A stretch of DNA of 64,000 bases from positions 15,624,001 to 15,688,000 of the forward strand of contig OZ059897.1 in NCBI GenBank assembly GCA_964057225.1. The letters are read 5' to 3'. A program made the position numbers and the translations under genes. Below, in pieces: positions 22,001 to 35,538 of the stretch. The stretch is from Auanema rhodensis. Taxonomy: Eukaryota > Animalia > Nematoda. The notes under the pieces were generated by a model. It was not told the origin of the DNA and made no database searches. It worked only from the letters and a program-made list of their open reading frames with translations. Positions within the stretch are counted from its first letter, which is position 1, and the number at the start of each line of letters is the position of its first letter.

Positions 22001-25000
22001 CCACTTATAGGGTTAGGTTTTTCAAGATATTTGTTCATGTTGTTCATAGAAGCTTTATTGGTGATACCTTTGTAAGTTTTAAACGAGTAACTAGTTTTAT
22101 TGAAAACAAAGCAGATTGAATTCACAAGCTCGTATTACATCACGATCTCCAACTGAGATACAACACATTGTCCTTGTATAGGCAATTTCCTCAACATTTG
22201 GTTTCCAGTTAGTCCCTGCTTTTCCTCTCCCTCTCCTTTTTCACCATTTGCTACTCACTTCTCTCTAACCTCTATATATTTCATTTTTTACTTCCTTTAG
22301 TCTTAATTCCATAAAAGAAACAGAAAAAGATTGAAACCAGAGACGACTTGGCAAGTGATCCCAATGCCGAAATACAAGAAGCTTCTACGTAAATAACTAC
22401 CTTCTCTATGTGGAACCAACATTTTTTTGCCACCATATCGATGTATAACTAAGACTATATTTTTTATTTTTTTGGTTTTGTTGGCTTATGACCAAGAAAA
22501 AGACAAATATAAGAAATATAGTTTGTAAAAAAACAGCTTTAACTCTTTGACTTCTCAATATTTTAACGCTTCATAGTAAAAGAACTTTTTCTGTTCCACT
22601 GAGCTTCACATTGCTAACTCTTTTGGGAATCAGCTAGAAGATAGAAAGACGAAGCATAATGAGAGAGATAGAGATAAGGAGAGAGAAGAGGGAAAGAGAA
22701 ATGTGCACGAGTTTTCCAGTAAAAATAGCATTTTTCTCCTCCATTTGAAGCAGTTTTTTTTAGCTTCAAAGACTATATTCAAATATATAGATAAGCTGAA
22801 CAACAGAATACAACTGCAACACAATATGGAGTATGTATACTACTGAATATGCTGCTGGTCAGGCCCCCACATAATTCTTTTTTCAAGAATTTGCTCGATG
22901 TATTAGGCTACTGATGAATCCACACACACAAGGCTAGATGGCTAACTGCCCTGGCTAGCCTAAATCTTCTCTGTTTCTATTGTCTAAATATGGTCTCAGA
23001 ACAGAGTGAATTAAAGGAACAGTAGCCCACCCTTGTCCTAGAGATTGAACAAGGCCAGCAACAGGTGGTAACCGCAGGATATGGCAACGATTGTGATAGA
23101 GAATAAGCAAATCAAAAGAATAATTCGATGATTATAAGAAAGAAAGAAGAAGTGAGAGAAGAGAGAGAGAGAGAACTGTTTGAAGGGAAAAAGATATGTG
23201 GAGGGAAAGAGATAAGATTTAGCCAAACTCTTTAAAATCTTTCCTAAACTTTTACATTTCTATTTCTTTTATTCTTCTATATGTAGTTAGAGATATATCT
23301 TTGTTCACAAAAATTTCATTTTTTTTGAGATGTAAAGAGAACGGAATGAAATTCGTTTACAGAGAAAGTGCAAAGACAGAAGAGATTTCGTTTATACCTC
23401 CAAACACTTATTTATGTTCACTAGAGTCTCGCAGACGTCTTCATCCGCTCTCTGTAAACGTTCTCTTTACATCGGCATTTCCTTTGAAAATTTGTTAACC
23501 GACAACAAAGAGTTATATTCTTTAAGATTCATCGAAGAGAATAAAAAGGGTAAAAACTCAGCTCAATAGAAAAGAAGAAAATAAAGAAAAATGGTTAAAG
23601 AAAAAAGTAATGATTGATTTGAAAAACTGCTAGCTAACTATTCAATGTTATAAAAAAAATTAAAACATGCCTGTTTCTATCTGTAACAGCAAAAACTATA
23701 AGAAATCCATTTCCAGTTCGTAAATATTGTTCTCGCATTGTACTGAATTCTTCCTGTCCAGCTGTATCCAGTACTGAAAAAATAAAAAAAGTTAAAAAAT
23801 TAAAATAGAAATGATATAACCTTCTAGTCGACAAAGATCTTCATCAACAAAACATTGTTTTGTGTATGAATCTTCAATTGTTGGATCATAATCTTGTACA
23901 AAATATTGCTGAAATTATATAAAAAATTAATAATTATATATTATTTGAATTATATATCAATATAAATCGTGATTTTTTTCTTCAATTCTTTATTCATATT
24001 TGCATTTTCTCTTGCATAATTCTTTGCCGATTTTCCCATCAGTTCAATGTCTCTAATTCATGATTCATCTTGTCAATGATAACATCAATTTGCATCATCA
24101 TTTTGCTCAAATTTATATATTATAAATATTTTATTTCAATCATAAAATATAAATTATTATAAGATTAATACTATGTTTCTAATAATTCTCCCTTTTGCAA
24201 TACAAACATTTCATTATGAAAATACATATATACATGTGTATATCGATATTCAACGAACATATGTATGTATTCTGGAGAAAAAAGACTAGAAAAGCGGCAA
24301 AGTAAAACAAAATCTTTGAGAAAAACTGTCCGCAATGTACTTTTGGATTTCATGAAACTCTAATTGGCTTGCCATACACAATAGATATTTGTCTCTTTGA
24401 TGACATTCTGTTTGAGTAAAAGGTGAAAACTGGTGACATTTTATATGAAATGACAGAGAAAAGTTATAACTCTGATAGAAATATTTTTATTGAAAAGATG
24501 AGGAAAAACAGCTGGTGCTCTCTCTTCTCTTCACTAACACCATTAACATCACAGTTAACGGGGGTATTATAAGGGCCATATAACAACCTTTTGGTAGTTT
24601 TTTTTTGATTTTTTTCACAGAAAAATCACAATGATATACCGCCATAGGATGGGTAAGAGATGATTTGTGGCATCTGTCATACTATCTCTCCCTTGCTTCT
24701 TCTACCATCACTTAACCTTACATCATTTTGTTATGCGAATGTCACCTTTAAGTTATTTTCATTTTCTCATTAAAAATCATCAAAACGGAAAAAGTTTTTC
24801 AAAATTTGAAAATGTGCATTCCTTTGTTTTCTTTTCAATCATTTTCTTTATTGCCCTCTCGTCCACGATGTCTTTCTTGTCTAGCTATCTGACAAATTTC
24901 CATGCGAGAACGAATGATGATGTGAACTAAGCCTTCCGGAATCCGGACTCGAAGCTTTTCTACTTCTCCTCTTTTTCCCTTCCTATCTTTCTTATACTCT

Positions 25001-26917
25001 CTTGCTTCTCACACCATTCCAATATATATTCTCTCTCTCTCTCCGTCTCTCTCTCTATATATATATCTTATGTTTCCGAAAAAATTTGAAGAGAAAACAG
25101 ACCAACGGACTCAAAGGGTCATCCAGAAGACAGCTGATTGTGTGAAAGAGTGAGCGCTAATTGACCGTCAAAATGTCAGAAAAACACAAAAAATGCAGAT
25201 TAGACAAAGTTTTTTTTTGTAAAAAAATTGAATATTTTAGAATTCAGAGAGAATTAGAAAAAATAACTTTGTTCCCCAATCGTTCAAGGAGGATTTTGTT
25301 GAAAAATTGATCCAATTTTGCTTCTAGAATATCATCATCAGGTTTCAGACTGATGACTTAAGCTTCACTCTGTCACTGATCTTAGCGAAATTTGCAACAA
25401 CAGCTCATAAACTGATGTTAAAGAAAAAAAAGTTCCAAATAATAGGAAAATTAAATGTATCATCTAATGAAAAAGTCGATTGAATGATTAAAGGATCAAG
25501 CTTTTGCTTTTTTTATGTTAAAAATGGTTAATGATGACCGTAACAACATTCTCAATTGATCGCAGTAAAATAGAAATTGAAATAGTTTATAGAAAATGAT
25601 CATAAAACATTTTGAAAAAAAATTAAAAAAAACCTTTTTAATCTCTTAAAAAAGTTTTTTTTTCTCATTCAACAAGATTTATAATACCCTTACTGACGAT
25701 ATATTGATTTTCAATAAATTCTGATTCTGTTTGGAAGAAAAAAACTTGAATTGTGATAGAAATAATGCTTTTGTTTTGTTGATTTTGAAACTTGTGCTGT
25801 AAAATTTCAGTTTAGCTAGTAAAATGTGATATATGTTTTATGTTATCCCTCCAATCAACTTGCTACTTTCTCTTTAAACTTCAGCTATGTTTCATTTCAA
25901 ATTTCAGGAAAAAAAAACAAAATGAAAGGCCAAAGGAGACAGTAGAAGATATGATTCAATCATGGTCATAGTTCGCAAATGAGAAAAAAAGAGATTTGAG
26001 AGAAGGACTGAGGACAATGATTTTCGAGAGAAGGCAAAGTAGTCGTATTGGCTATGTATGTTCAGTTCTTCTTTCGTTCAACCAAGCCGATTTTTCAATT
26101 CGAACATTTGGATTGCAAACTCAATTAAAATTCGTTTTTGAATAAAAAAACCTTTTTTCTGAGGCTTAAATTCAAATTTTCATGAGAAAATACTGGTAAA
26201 TAAGAAGATTTTTCTGATATAATTTACTTATTCAGTTATATAGACATATAACCATTTTTAGGAAAAAATAACAATCAGGATAAAAAGTTCAAAGTACGAA
26301 AATTATAAAAAATAATATAATTCATATTTACGGACAGAAAAATAGATTTTTATCCATATTTGTTTATTTTTTTTTCTTATTTTACTAAATTTAAATGTTT
26401 TTTAAAATGTTTTCACCTTTAACTACTCCCTCCCCCCCTAGCTTTTCTAAAGTGTTCCCAAGCCTATTCTTAGACTATGAGTCGCTAGGTGCAATGAAGT
26501 TTCTGAATTGTGGTATCGGCAACAAGGTGCAATGGGTGGTTCTAGCCTTATCAGGAAATACGAGAGAAGACAAAGAGAGCCGACAAGCATGAAACATCAA
26601 GCAGGACAAGGCAAAATCAACAAAAAGAACAAAAGAAAGACTAGAAAGAATGAATAGATCGATAGTTATATACACATAGTATTTATGTTTAACTATATGT
26701 ATATGAATGTATATATACATGTAATTCAGAATCAAACGATAAAAATCATAACTATATGATATAGATAACTTGTAAAATAATAATTTACACAATGGCATAC
26801 CTGAATGAATTGTATAGTTAAAGCTGATTTTCCAACACCTCCACCTCCAACGACAACTATCCGTAACAACGACGCAGCATTGGCCGACGTCGAGTTCGTC
26901 GTCGATTTGGCAACCAT
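16025..26917 (-). CDS. ras-1: R-Ras/TC21-type small GTPase. Exons 26917-26801, 23908-23821, 23773-23671, 18706-18598, 16814-16696, 16127-16025
   Basis: Spliced translation MVAKST...[21 protein letters not shown]|[29 protein letters not shown]|[34 protein letters not shown]|SFEEVRKMY...[22 protein letters not shown]|[40 protein letters not shown]|KYQQEE...[11 protein letters not shown]. It has R-Ras signature motifs and a polybasic + CaaX tail (CRIQ, as I recall for C. elegans RAS-1). All exon phases match. Confidence 0.94.
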
Positions 26918-27589
26918 AATAGTATTAGATGATGATATAAGATTTTGAGGAGGCAGCTTTTCGGCGGAGAACCAATCACAAGAAAATCAGATGATTCTAA
27001 TGATGATTTTGAGATGAAAAAATGAGATGGCAGCAACAGACAGTGGTACTTGCTCTTCTCGTCTTCCACTAACCACAATATGAATTCAAATAAACGATAA
27101 GTTGAAGAAGATGTAGAAGAAAATAAAGTTAGATGATGATATATGTCTTGTTTGTTGTCAGTATTGTTGATATTGATGATAATTGAAATGCAGTTATCAG
27201 ATTATCAGCTGTTTGATGAGGACAACAAGTTGAAGAATTCTGAGAAATATCTGAAATTCAACAAATGAACTGAGTGAACTAAAAATTTCTCTAAAAGGAA
27301 GCTTTCAAACAGACAAATTGACATATGAAACGAATAGAAAACATACAAACTGTGTGAAGCTAATGTTTCGTTTAATGCCGATAATATGTATGAAAGTGAG
27401 AGAAAAACGAGATAAATACACAAAAAATATAAAAAAAAGCAATAAATTAAATGAAAAATTAAATAATATATATATATTTTAGAAATAGCTTAGTTTTTGT
27501 AAAAATATAATTTGAAACTGAATAGAAGTAGCTAGTAGAAATACGTAGATACAGAACATTTCTCGTAGGGTATATAATGGCTTTGTCGA

Positions 27590-28060
27590 AGTTAACTAAG
27601 CAAAGTCAGAAACAGAATAGCAGCAGTCACTTCCGTAGAATAACGGCGTGAGAGGATAGAAGAGGAAGACGTCGACGACCACAGCGGAAGATAGAGCCAA
27701 CGAGACCACCAGCTAAGATGATGACTTTGTTCGACAGTCATTGTCGTACTGGCAATCTTGTTGGTAATCGGTAACAAAACACAACAACGACAGATGAAAT
27801 GTACGACGATAAAGAGCATCAGATCATTGCCGTAGCTGGTTGTCGTTGGATGGCGACGTTGCTGAATTGGGTGGCGCGAAAACGCATAGCCAGCACAGCC
27901 TTCTCCTCCTCTCTTTTAGCAGAGAGAACAACATACTCACCCCCTCCCCCCCCCTCTTTTCTTTCTCTCCACCCCTCTAGGCCTCGTCAGGGTCTAAAGA
28001 CTCCGCCTACTTTTTCTCGGCCACCCTTCCTATTTCACACAGTGTCTGAATAGAAAAAGC
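27590..28060 (-). promoter_or_regulatory. GC/CpG-enriched island 0.7-1.1 kb upstream of the ras-1 ATG; probable promoter/outron region
   Basis: Local GC and CpG rise, C-tracts and TC-rich tracts within a very AT-rich background; position relative to the gene. No TSS evidence. Confidence 0.35.
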
Positions 28061-31000
28061 TGTCTCAACTGACAACATCACTAGCTTTGTCTTTCATAGT
28101 TTCAAAGAAAAACTTTTTTTAAACTTTCGGAAAAAAAGAGTTTTGAATGCATTTTGATGAGCTTTTCGTGTTTATTTCAGGTTCAGAAATAATAGATAGA
28201 ACTAGCAATTGGCAAGAACTTTATTCATTGCTTTTAAGCGATTATAAGCTCTAATGTATGATCCAACTTAGTTTCATATTTAGATTTTCATATCATTTTA
28301 ATCTGTGGGAATAGAATTGGACAAGTGTATGCCAAACCAATCTTATCAGTTATCATCACAGAATTCGCTCCATTTGCTACCACATCAATCAGAAATTGCT
28401 ACGAAAAAAATAATAAAAACGTTCAATATGAACGTTAGATGAAGCTTGAGATATTAAGTTGAATGTTTCATGAATGATGAAGTTCTTTTGTATGTGAACT
28501 AGCATAAGTTTTAGCGGAATAACTAGGAAAAGTCAGTAGTCAATCGAAAATAAAAAAAATATTTTTTTCCAAAGGTTCCACCGGGAATTTTCTTATAAAA
28601 GCTACGGGGAAAAAAAGAAAAAAGCAATCATTTGATGTTCATCGCTTTTGAAACTTGTATTCTGGAAATAGTGCCTCCGCCTTCTCATAAAAGTTTGGAA
28701 AAGAGAAGTGAACCTGATGACGTACGCGGACAACAGGCTGTGACCCTAGCCATTTGCGTAGACATCAAGGCAAAGGATATCGGTTGTATTCAGCTTTCCG
28801 GTTTTACTTCAGAATACGTAGACTGTTCTTATGCCAACGGTCAACAACATCAATAGATATTAAAGAAGACGTGAACGGATAGAGATAGTAATACGACATC
28901 TTCAATCGGGCGATGCTATAATTCAGGTGAATCTGCTTGTTATGTTATAAGTCATGGAATCTCTGCTTCCAAAAACTTTAGAACATATATATTTGAATTT
29001 GAGAAATATGAAAATAAAACTGTGAATAATTGAGAAATAAAATAAATAAAATGAGTTAGTAAAATAGAAATGAGTGAAATTGACAAAGGATGAACTTCAT
29101 GAATATCTAATGAAAAGTAAGAAAAAAAGAAAAAAAAAGGTAAAAAAACATCTAAAACAAGTGTGATGTTTAATGGTTAATATTCATAGAAGAGAAATAA
29201 AAGAAAAATGGCTATTTAACACAAAAATGGACATGAAAATGTATTCGAAAAAAGACAAAAAATAAAATCTTCTCTTTCATAGTAGATAAAACAAGTTATA
29301 GAAAATGTTTTAACATATTCTGATTGTTCTCCAAACAATTTTTTTTAATTTTGAAAGTGAAAGAATATTCAAAATTGAAAATGAAGACAAAGAGAATATT
29401 TGTGTTGAAATTAAAGATTTTTATGTTGAATTGGAAGAAATACGTGGAATTTGTTTCAAGAAATATAAGAAAACGTGTGAATAATAGTAATTATTTTATA
29501 TAAGTTAAGATTAAAAATTTGGGAAATTTCATGAAAATTTAACCAAAATTTCAATTTAAATGATCAAAAACTAATTTGAACAGAAAAATATTGCTGTTTA
29601 AGAGAAAATAAGAATAAAATGATTATTAAAATGACAAATAAAAATATTTTATCACTAAACGTAAAAAAATAAAAAAAAATAGAAATAGATGATTCAAAGG
29701 ATTATGAGGTAAGAAGTTGAAGTTGGAAAATTTGATGTCATGGTGTAATCACGAGTTTTTCTATTGCGCACTTGGCAAAATAGATATAAAGCTTTTTAAT
29801 GAAATGATGATGCAAAGTGGAAATGAAACGGAAATACATTTTCCATTTATGGTTATGCTCTCATTCGGTTCTATGTTCGGCTATTCTTTTCCTATTATGT
29901 ATGTGTTGTATGTAGTAAAAAGACTGCTTTTCCTTTTAAGCATGTTGCGAATATCGTTTTCTGCAAGATAGAGACATAGAGAAATAGAACAGAAGACAAT
30001 ATTCAAGAGGAAAAGCTTTTAGATTTTTTAAGTCAAATTTTTCCACAATTTTCTTCTTTCTCATTATCTTTTCATTTTTTTACAAGTTTTTCAGCATTTT
30101 CTTATTATATTATTTTCTATCCATAAATTGTTTCAATAGTCTAAAAACTAAATATAAAAGAACAAGCTGGGAGGCCAAGAGAAGAAGTAGTACGATCATA
30201 CTAATAGCCAGATGTACAACAACTATTGCGATTAAACATCATTGTTACATATTACATACAAGAAGAAGAATTGAGCTGAAACAGAGCTATATGAATCATA
30301 TATGCTCAGCCAGCTTAAGCCACACCATCTTGAATCTTTACAATAGAATCGGTTATTGTATGTCGATAATCGAAAAATGATGTTTGCTTCAAGTTTCAAA
30401 CTAAATTATAAACTTGAAAAATTGGCATCAAGATTAACCATACTGTATATTACATACATATAGTAATAATACAAAAATAAATTGTTTTTATTCATTCATT
30501 TTTATAGAAAATGTGATACTTTATTAAGTAATTGAGTATGAAGTAGTAAGAGACAAGAGAAGGAAAAGAGGCTGGAGGGTCAACGAATGATCTTGGTTAT
30601 ATCTGCTTCAATATGGTTACCTAGAATGCATCAGTATAGCTACTTTTCTATTGTTTCTATTGGGATCATTACAAGCCACTCCGGGATAAGGACCATATTG
30701 GATTTGTGTTCTTACATGAAAATGAATGAACAGCAGCAAACAGGTCAGCTGCAAAACTGACACAATACATTTTTACCGCATCAACTGATGAAGCGAACGA
30801 ATGAGACAGTAAGTACCATAACGGGAATAAAGAGAATAGGTTGAGAGAAAAGTAGAGAGGGGAAAAAGGGTGGAAAAAGAGAAAAAAAACAGAAAATGAG
30901 ATAAAAAAGAGAGAAAAGTGAGATTAATATCGATAAATCCATGAGTTTTGAAAAAAAAAGATAGTATATAATGATTAACAAGTTAGGATACTAAAATAAA

Positions 31001-31827
31001 TAAAAAAAGGAGATCAAATATATGGAAAATATAGCAAAAATCTTTTATATAAAATAAATATGCATTTTATATTATAATAATATTATTTGTAATCAATGTA
31101 TTGTAATCAATGTACAATGTGCAGTTTACACGAAATTCTAAAATTCTAAAAATGACTCAGAATCGAGTCAAGGATGATGATACATGATATATAATTTATA
31201 ATAATATAATTAAAAAAAATAATAAAATATAAATTAAAGAAAAGAAATAAAAATTTGACAAGATAATCAATTCTTGTTATTGACCTATTATTGATATCGC
31301 AAGATGAAAGAAAAAAAACGGTTTGCTAAAAAGAAAAAGTGACTACGTAATCATAAACTTGATTATAAAAAATATTTAAAAAAAAAGAAAAGAAAATATA
31401 TTTTTTTTTGTTTTAAGAAAATAAAAATAAAATGAAATATAAAGTTGATAAGTTTAATGAGTAAATAAAAATAAATAAATTGATTGTAATGGTCAAAATG
31501 ATGATAAGAACTAATATGTTGAATATATGTATGTTTATAAAAAAATATTTCAAATAAAATAATATATTTGTGATTATAATAATATTTAAAACTTCAAAAA
31601 AAGTTTAATGAAAAGTTAAAAAATAGAAATAATAAAGTTGAAGAGTATAAATAAATAGCTTAAGAAGGCATTTAAACAAAACACTTGAGCTTTAAAAATG
31701 CTGTTTGTCATTAAATATGAACAATAGTCTTGATCAATCTTTTAACTATCCTTTATGCTCTTCTCTTTTTATATCTTGTCATCTTCAACTTTTTCCTTTT
31801 AACTCTCTCTCTCTCTTTAACTCTCTT

Positions 31828-31858
<31 letters not shown>

Positions 31859-32125
31859 ATCTCTATCTCTCTTCATATTTCTAATTATTTTTAACTTTTA
31901 CATCTTTTTACTCTCTCTATTTCTCTTCTAGTTACTATAGGCTATAGCACAGACGTTTAGCCGATTAGTGCCATTCTCGAGGTCATCTAAGTATGATTTT
32001 CCATTGTGTATGTATGTTATGTGTGTATGTGTGCGAACATACAGAAAAATCAGACAATATTGTGTGTTTATTAGGATTTCCGAGTGTGACAGACGTCGAA
32101 AGAGGATAAGTGAATGAGTGAGACT

Positions 32126-32162
<37 letters not shown>

Positions 32163-35159
32163 AGTCAGATATATAGATAGATAGAGAGATATAGAAGGAG
32201 AGTGAGTAAGTAAGAATTTGATTAGTTAATGTCAAGAATGCTTATTCTTTCTTTGAAAAAATACAAATGAACATGAGTTACATACTGTTTTACTAAGAGC
32301 GTTTTCTCATACAATGAAGTATGTGGATAAGTAGTAGAGTTTAAGCTGTTAGCTTTAGAATATTCTTTTTCTATAACTAATCCTTGAATTTTAAATTAAT
32401 CACTTAGTTAGTTGAGTAAAGTAAAAGTGAATAAGTTATAGTTTAAGTTATATAAATAGGAATAATAGAATATAGTAACTGAAAAATATTTAAAACAAAA
32501 TTAATAATAAGAATGCAAACAATAAAAATAATATTATACTATACTACACTGAATAAAAAGGTAAAAATGAAATATTTTGTTAGCAGATTGACACACATAA
32601 AGAACGGTAATTATTCTTAACATATGGTTAACTGACTATCTTATACCATTGACTATATTACTGGAAGAAATATTTTTTGACAATCTGCTCATCTTCATCA
32701 TTCATTCGATACATTCAAAGCTATATTTTAGTTGAATTTCCTCTTAAGGATGGTACAGTTGCCGACAACGGGCATCTTCCGATTCGTATTCATCATCATC
32801 ATCTTCTCAGTTTTCTTCTAGAAATGTGTTGACCGGCTGGTATATGAGGGCGGTTTTAGATGACTGACTACCTTTACTCCTCATTAAAATTTATAAATTA
32901 AAAGAGAAAATGTATAATGAAAGTATAGAAATAGAAAGAATAAAGACAATACTCTAAAATCAAAGTCAAATAATGTATTTGAGATTGAAGTGAAAGAAAG
33001 AGGAGGAAAGTAACGATACCGCAACATTCATGTCCAAGAGACAAATAAATCCATTTCTGGCTATTCATTGACTAATGATCCATCCCAGTACAGTCAGTTC
33101 TTTCTTCTTTTCGCCTTTCTCTCAAAATCTCTCGTCTGTCTTTAAAAGAATTTTCAGATTGAGAACTGGTGAAAGAGTAAAGAAATGTGAGAGATCAGTA
33201 AAGAGAAAATAAGATAAAGAGAAAAGGAGAGCTCAGAAGAAGTTGAGCGAAAACATCATATAGCTACTATACAAGGGATATACGCATCCAGACAGTACAT
33301 AATTAGTCTCGTCACGCACCCCCGAACCTATTAACCTTTTACCAAATTCGTATCCGACTTAGAAACATTAGGAAAAGGTGATGATTCCGACGTAACTAGT
33401 GGGAATACCTTGAAGAGAATGTTGCAATGAGTATATAATGAATCTGAAGAAAGATAGAAAAGATTGAATACGAATTGAATGAATGTCAAAACTTGGAGAA
33501 AGAGAAGACTAAAAGAGGGATGGAAGAATATAAGAAAGATTGATATAAAGACAATGACAATGATTTTGCAAGATAAACTGAGTGAATTCATCAAAACATT
33601 TCATTGTTGTTTACTATCATAACATTGTAATTTTACATACAGATGTAACAAAAAGATGAAAAACTTTGAGAAATATTTATAAATATAACTTAACTATGAA
33701 ATATATTATTCAATAATTAATCTTATTATAATCTTACATATTTTAATTATTTTTTGATTAATATTATTTAAAATAATTAAAGAAATATTGTATTTTTATT
33801 ATAAATTAAACCATATTTTACAGAAAAAAAACTTTATTTTTATCATATAATATAACAATATAATTATAATGTGTCATGTATTGACATGCCTTATACATAC
33901 ATAATAATATTGAGATGACGTTAGATGAGGGCACGTGGAATTGAAAAGACGATTTCAGAAAACAAATCTTTTTTTTTCTGAAATCGTTTGCACTAATTTA
34001 ATAAAAAAGTATTCAAATTTTACTTTTTTTAAGTTAAAATAAGCGAATTGGCAATTAAATTTTCGTTAAAATTATTAGAAATTCATTCTGGTCAGAAAGA
34101 AAGGTTGGAAGTGGAGGTAATGAATGGAGAGAAAGCTAAACTTTGTTTATTTTATATTTTAAAAAATAATATGAGTGAATACAATTGAATTTTAAAAAAA
34201 TATAAAAATTTATAATATAATTCTGTCTATGTATTAACAGAAGCATTCGAAATGAAAGGCATTTTGTACAGGTCTGAGTATCCAACAAGCCGTTAGAAAA
34301 TTCCGTAATTAGAAAAGAAAAAATATAGATGTATGATTAGAAGAAAAATAATAATAATAAGTAAAAACAATTAATATATTTTAAAATTCAATGGATATAA
34401 ACCATATTCTTCTTCTTATTCATATTTAGAATATACATATAAAAAGAAATAATGTATGGCTTGTTCAGATCGTTCATGATTATGATCGAAATTTGAAAAA
34501 AAAACGGTAAAACCCCCGCATCCAACTGAGAGATAACCCGTGGACCGTTGTAATATAACCATTTGAGAAAAAAATGACAGATACCTATACATAATATATA
34601 TTTTATATTATATGGAAGGCTAAGAAGGCAATTGATATCCAAATTTTATAGATAATAATAGAGAGAGAGGGGGAGAGGGAGAGAGTAGAGAGGGAATATT
34701 AAAGTTTATCGAGCAGCGGAAAAATTGTGTTCTGAATTGTATTGTTGGTTGAGCCTCAAAAAGCTTTAAAGCCTTAAAAAGCTGATAGAAATGGAAATTT
34801 ATAATGAATGAATAATTTGAAAAGAAACTTCTTTCTATACATATAGTGATCATATAAGATTATCTATCTATATGTATACAAATAATTTTTTTTCAAATAA
34901 ACGTATATGAAGATGTTAATGATGATGAAGCTGGAAATCAAATGCGTAATGTGACATACAGTTTGTATTTGTCTTTGAGTTCATATCAGACGATGCTTGA
35001 CTGATATTCTTAGAAAATAGAAGAGGTGAAAGGCTTCATATCATATAAAGAATTTAATTTTTTTTTGTTTTTCTTTAAAACTTCTATATGATATAAGCAA
35101 TTAATCCATAATACATTCAGTTTGGACACTGACTGGTCCTGAGCAGAAAGCACTAGTGA

Positions 35160-35502
35160 TTATTCAATCACAATAACGGAACTACGTAATGGTTCTACTT
35201 CATCTGGAGCCTTCTTCTGTTTCTCTGAAAAATAAAAATCTTAAATTTCATGTCTTTTCTGTATATTTTTTTCAAAAATTACTAATTTTTCTCAAAACAA
35301 AAGTAACTGTCATAATGATTGAACAAAAAAAAATCTTCATGTCAATGTGACCTCCAACGAAGCCGGCTGGTTAAGCCTATCTAATCCAGCAAAAGAGTAC
35401 CAAATCGGGTCAGGATTAGAGGTTTTGAGACAACATAAACCCAAAAAAGTGAAGGAAATTCTACATATGAACATGTTGTTTTTCTTTTCTTTTTTTTTAA
35501 AT

Positions 35503-35538
<36 letters not shown>

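Noticed and set aside
28100-35000. Additional gene between ras-1 and the MARCH ligase
   Set aside because: Only short F/L/S/I-rich ORFs typical of AT-rich non-coding DNA, and no phase-consistent exon chain found. A small or non-coding gene cannot be excluded.
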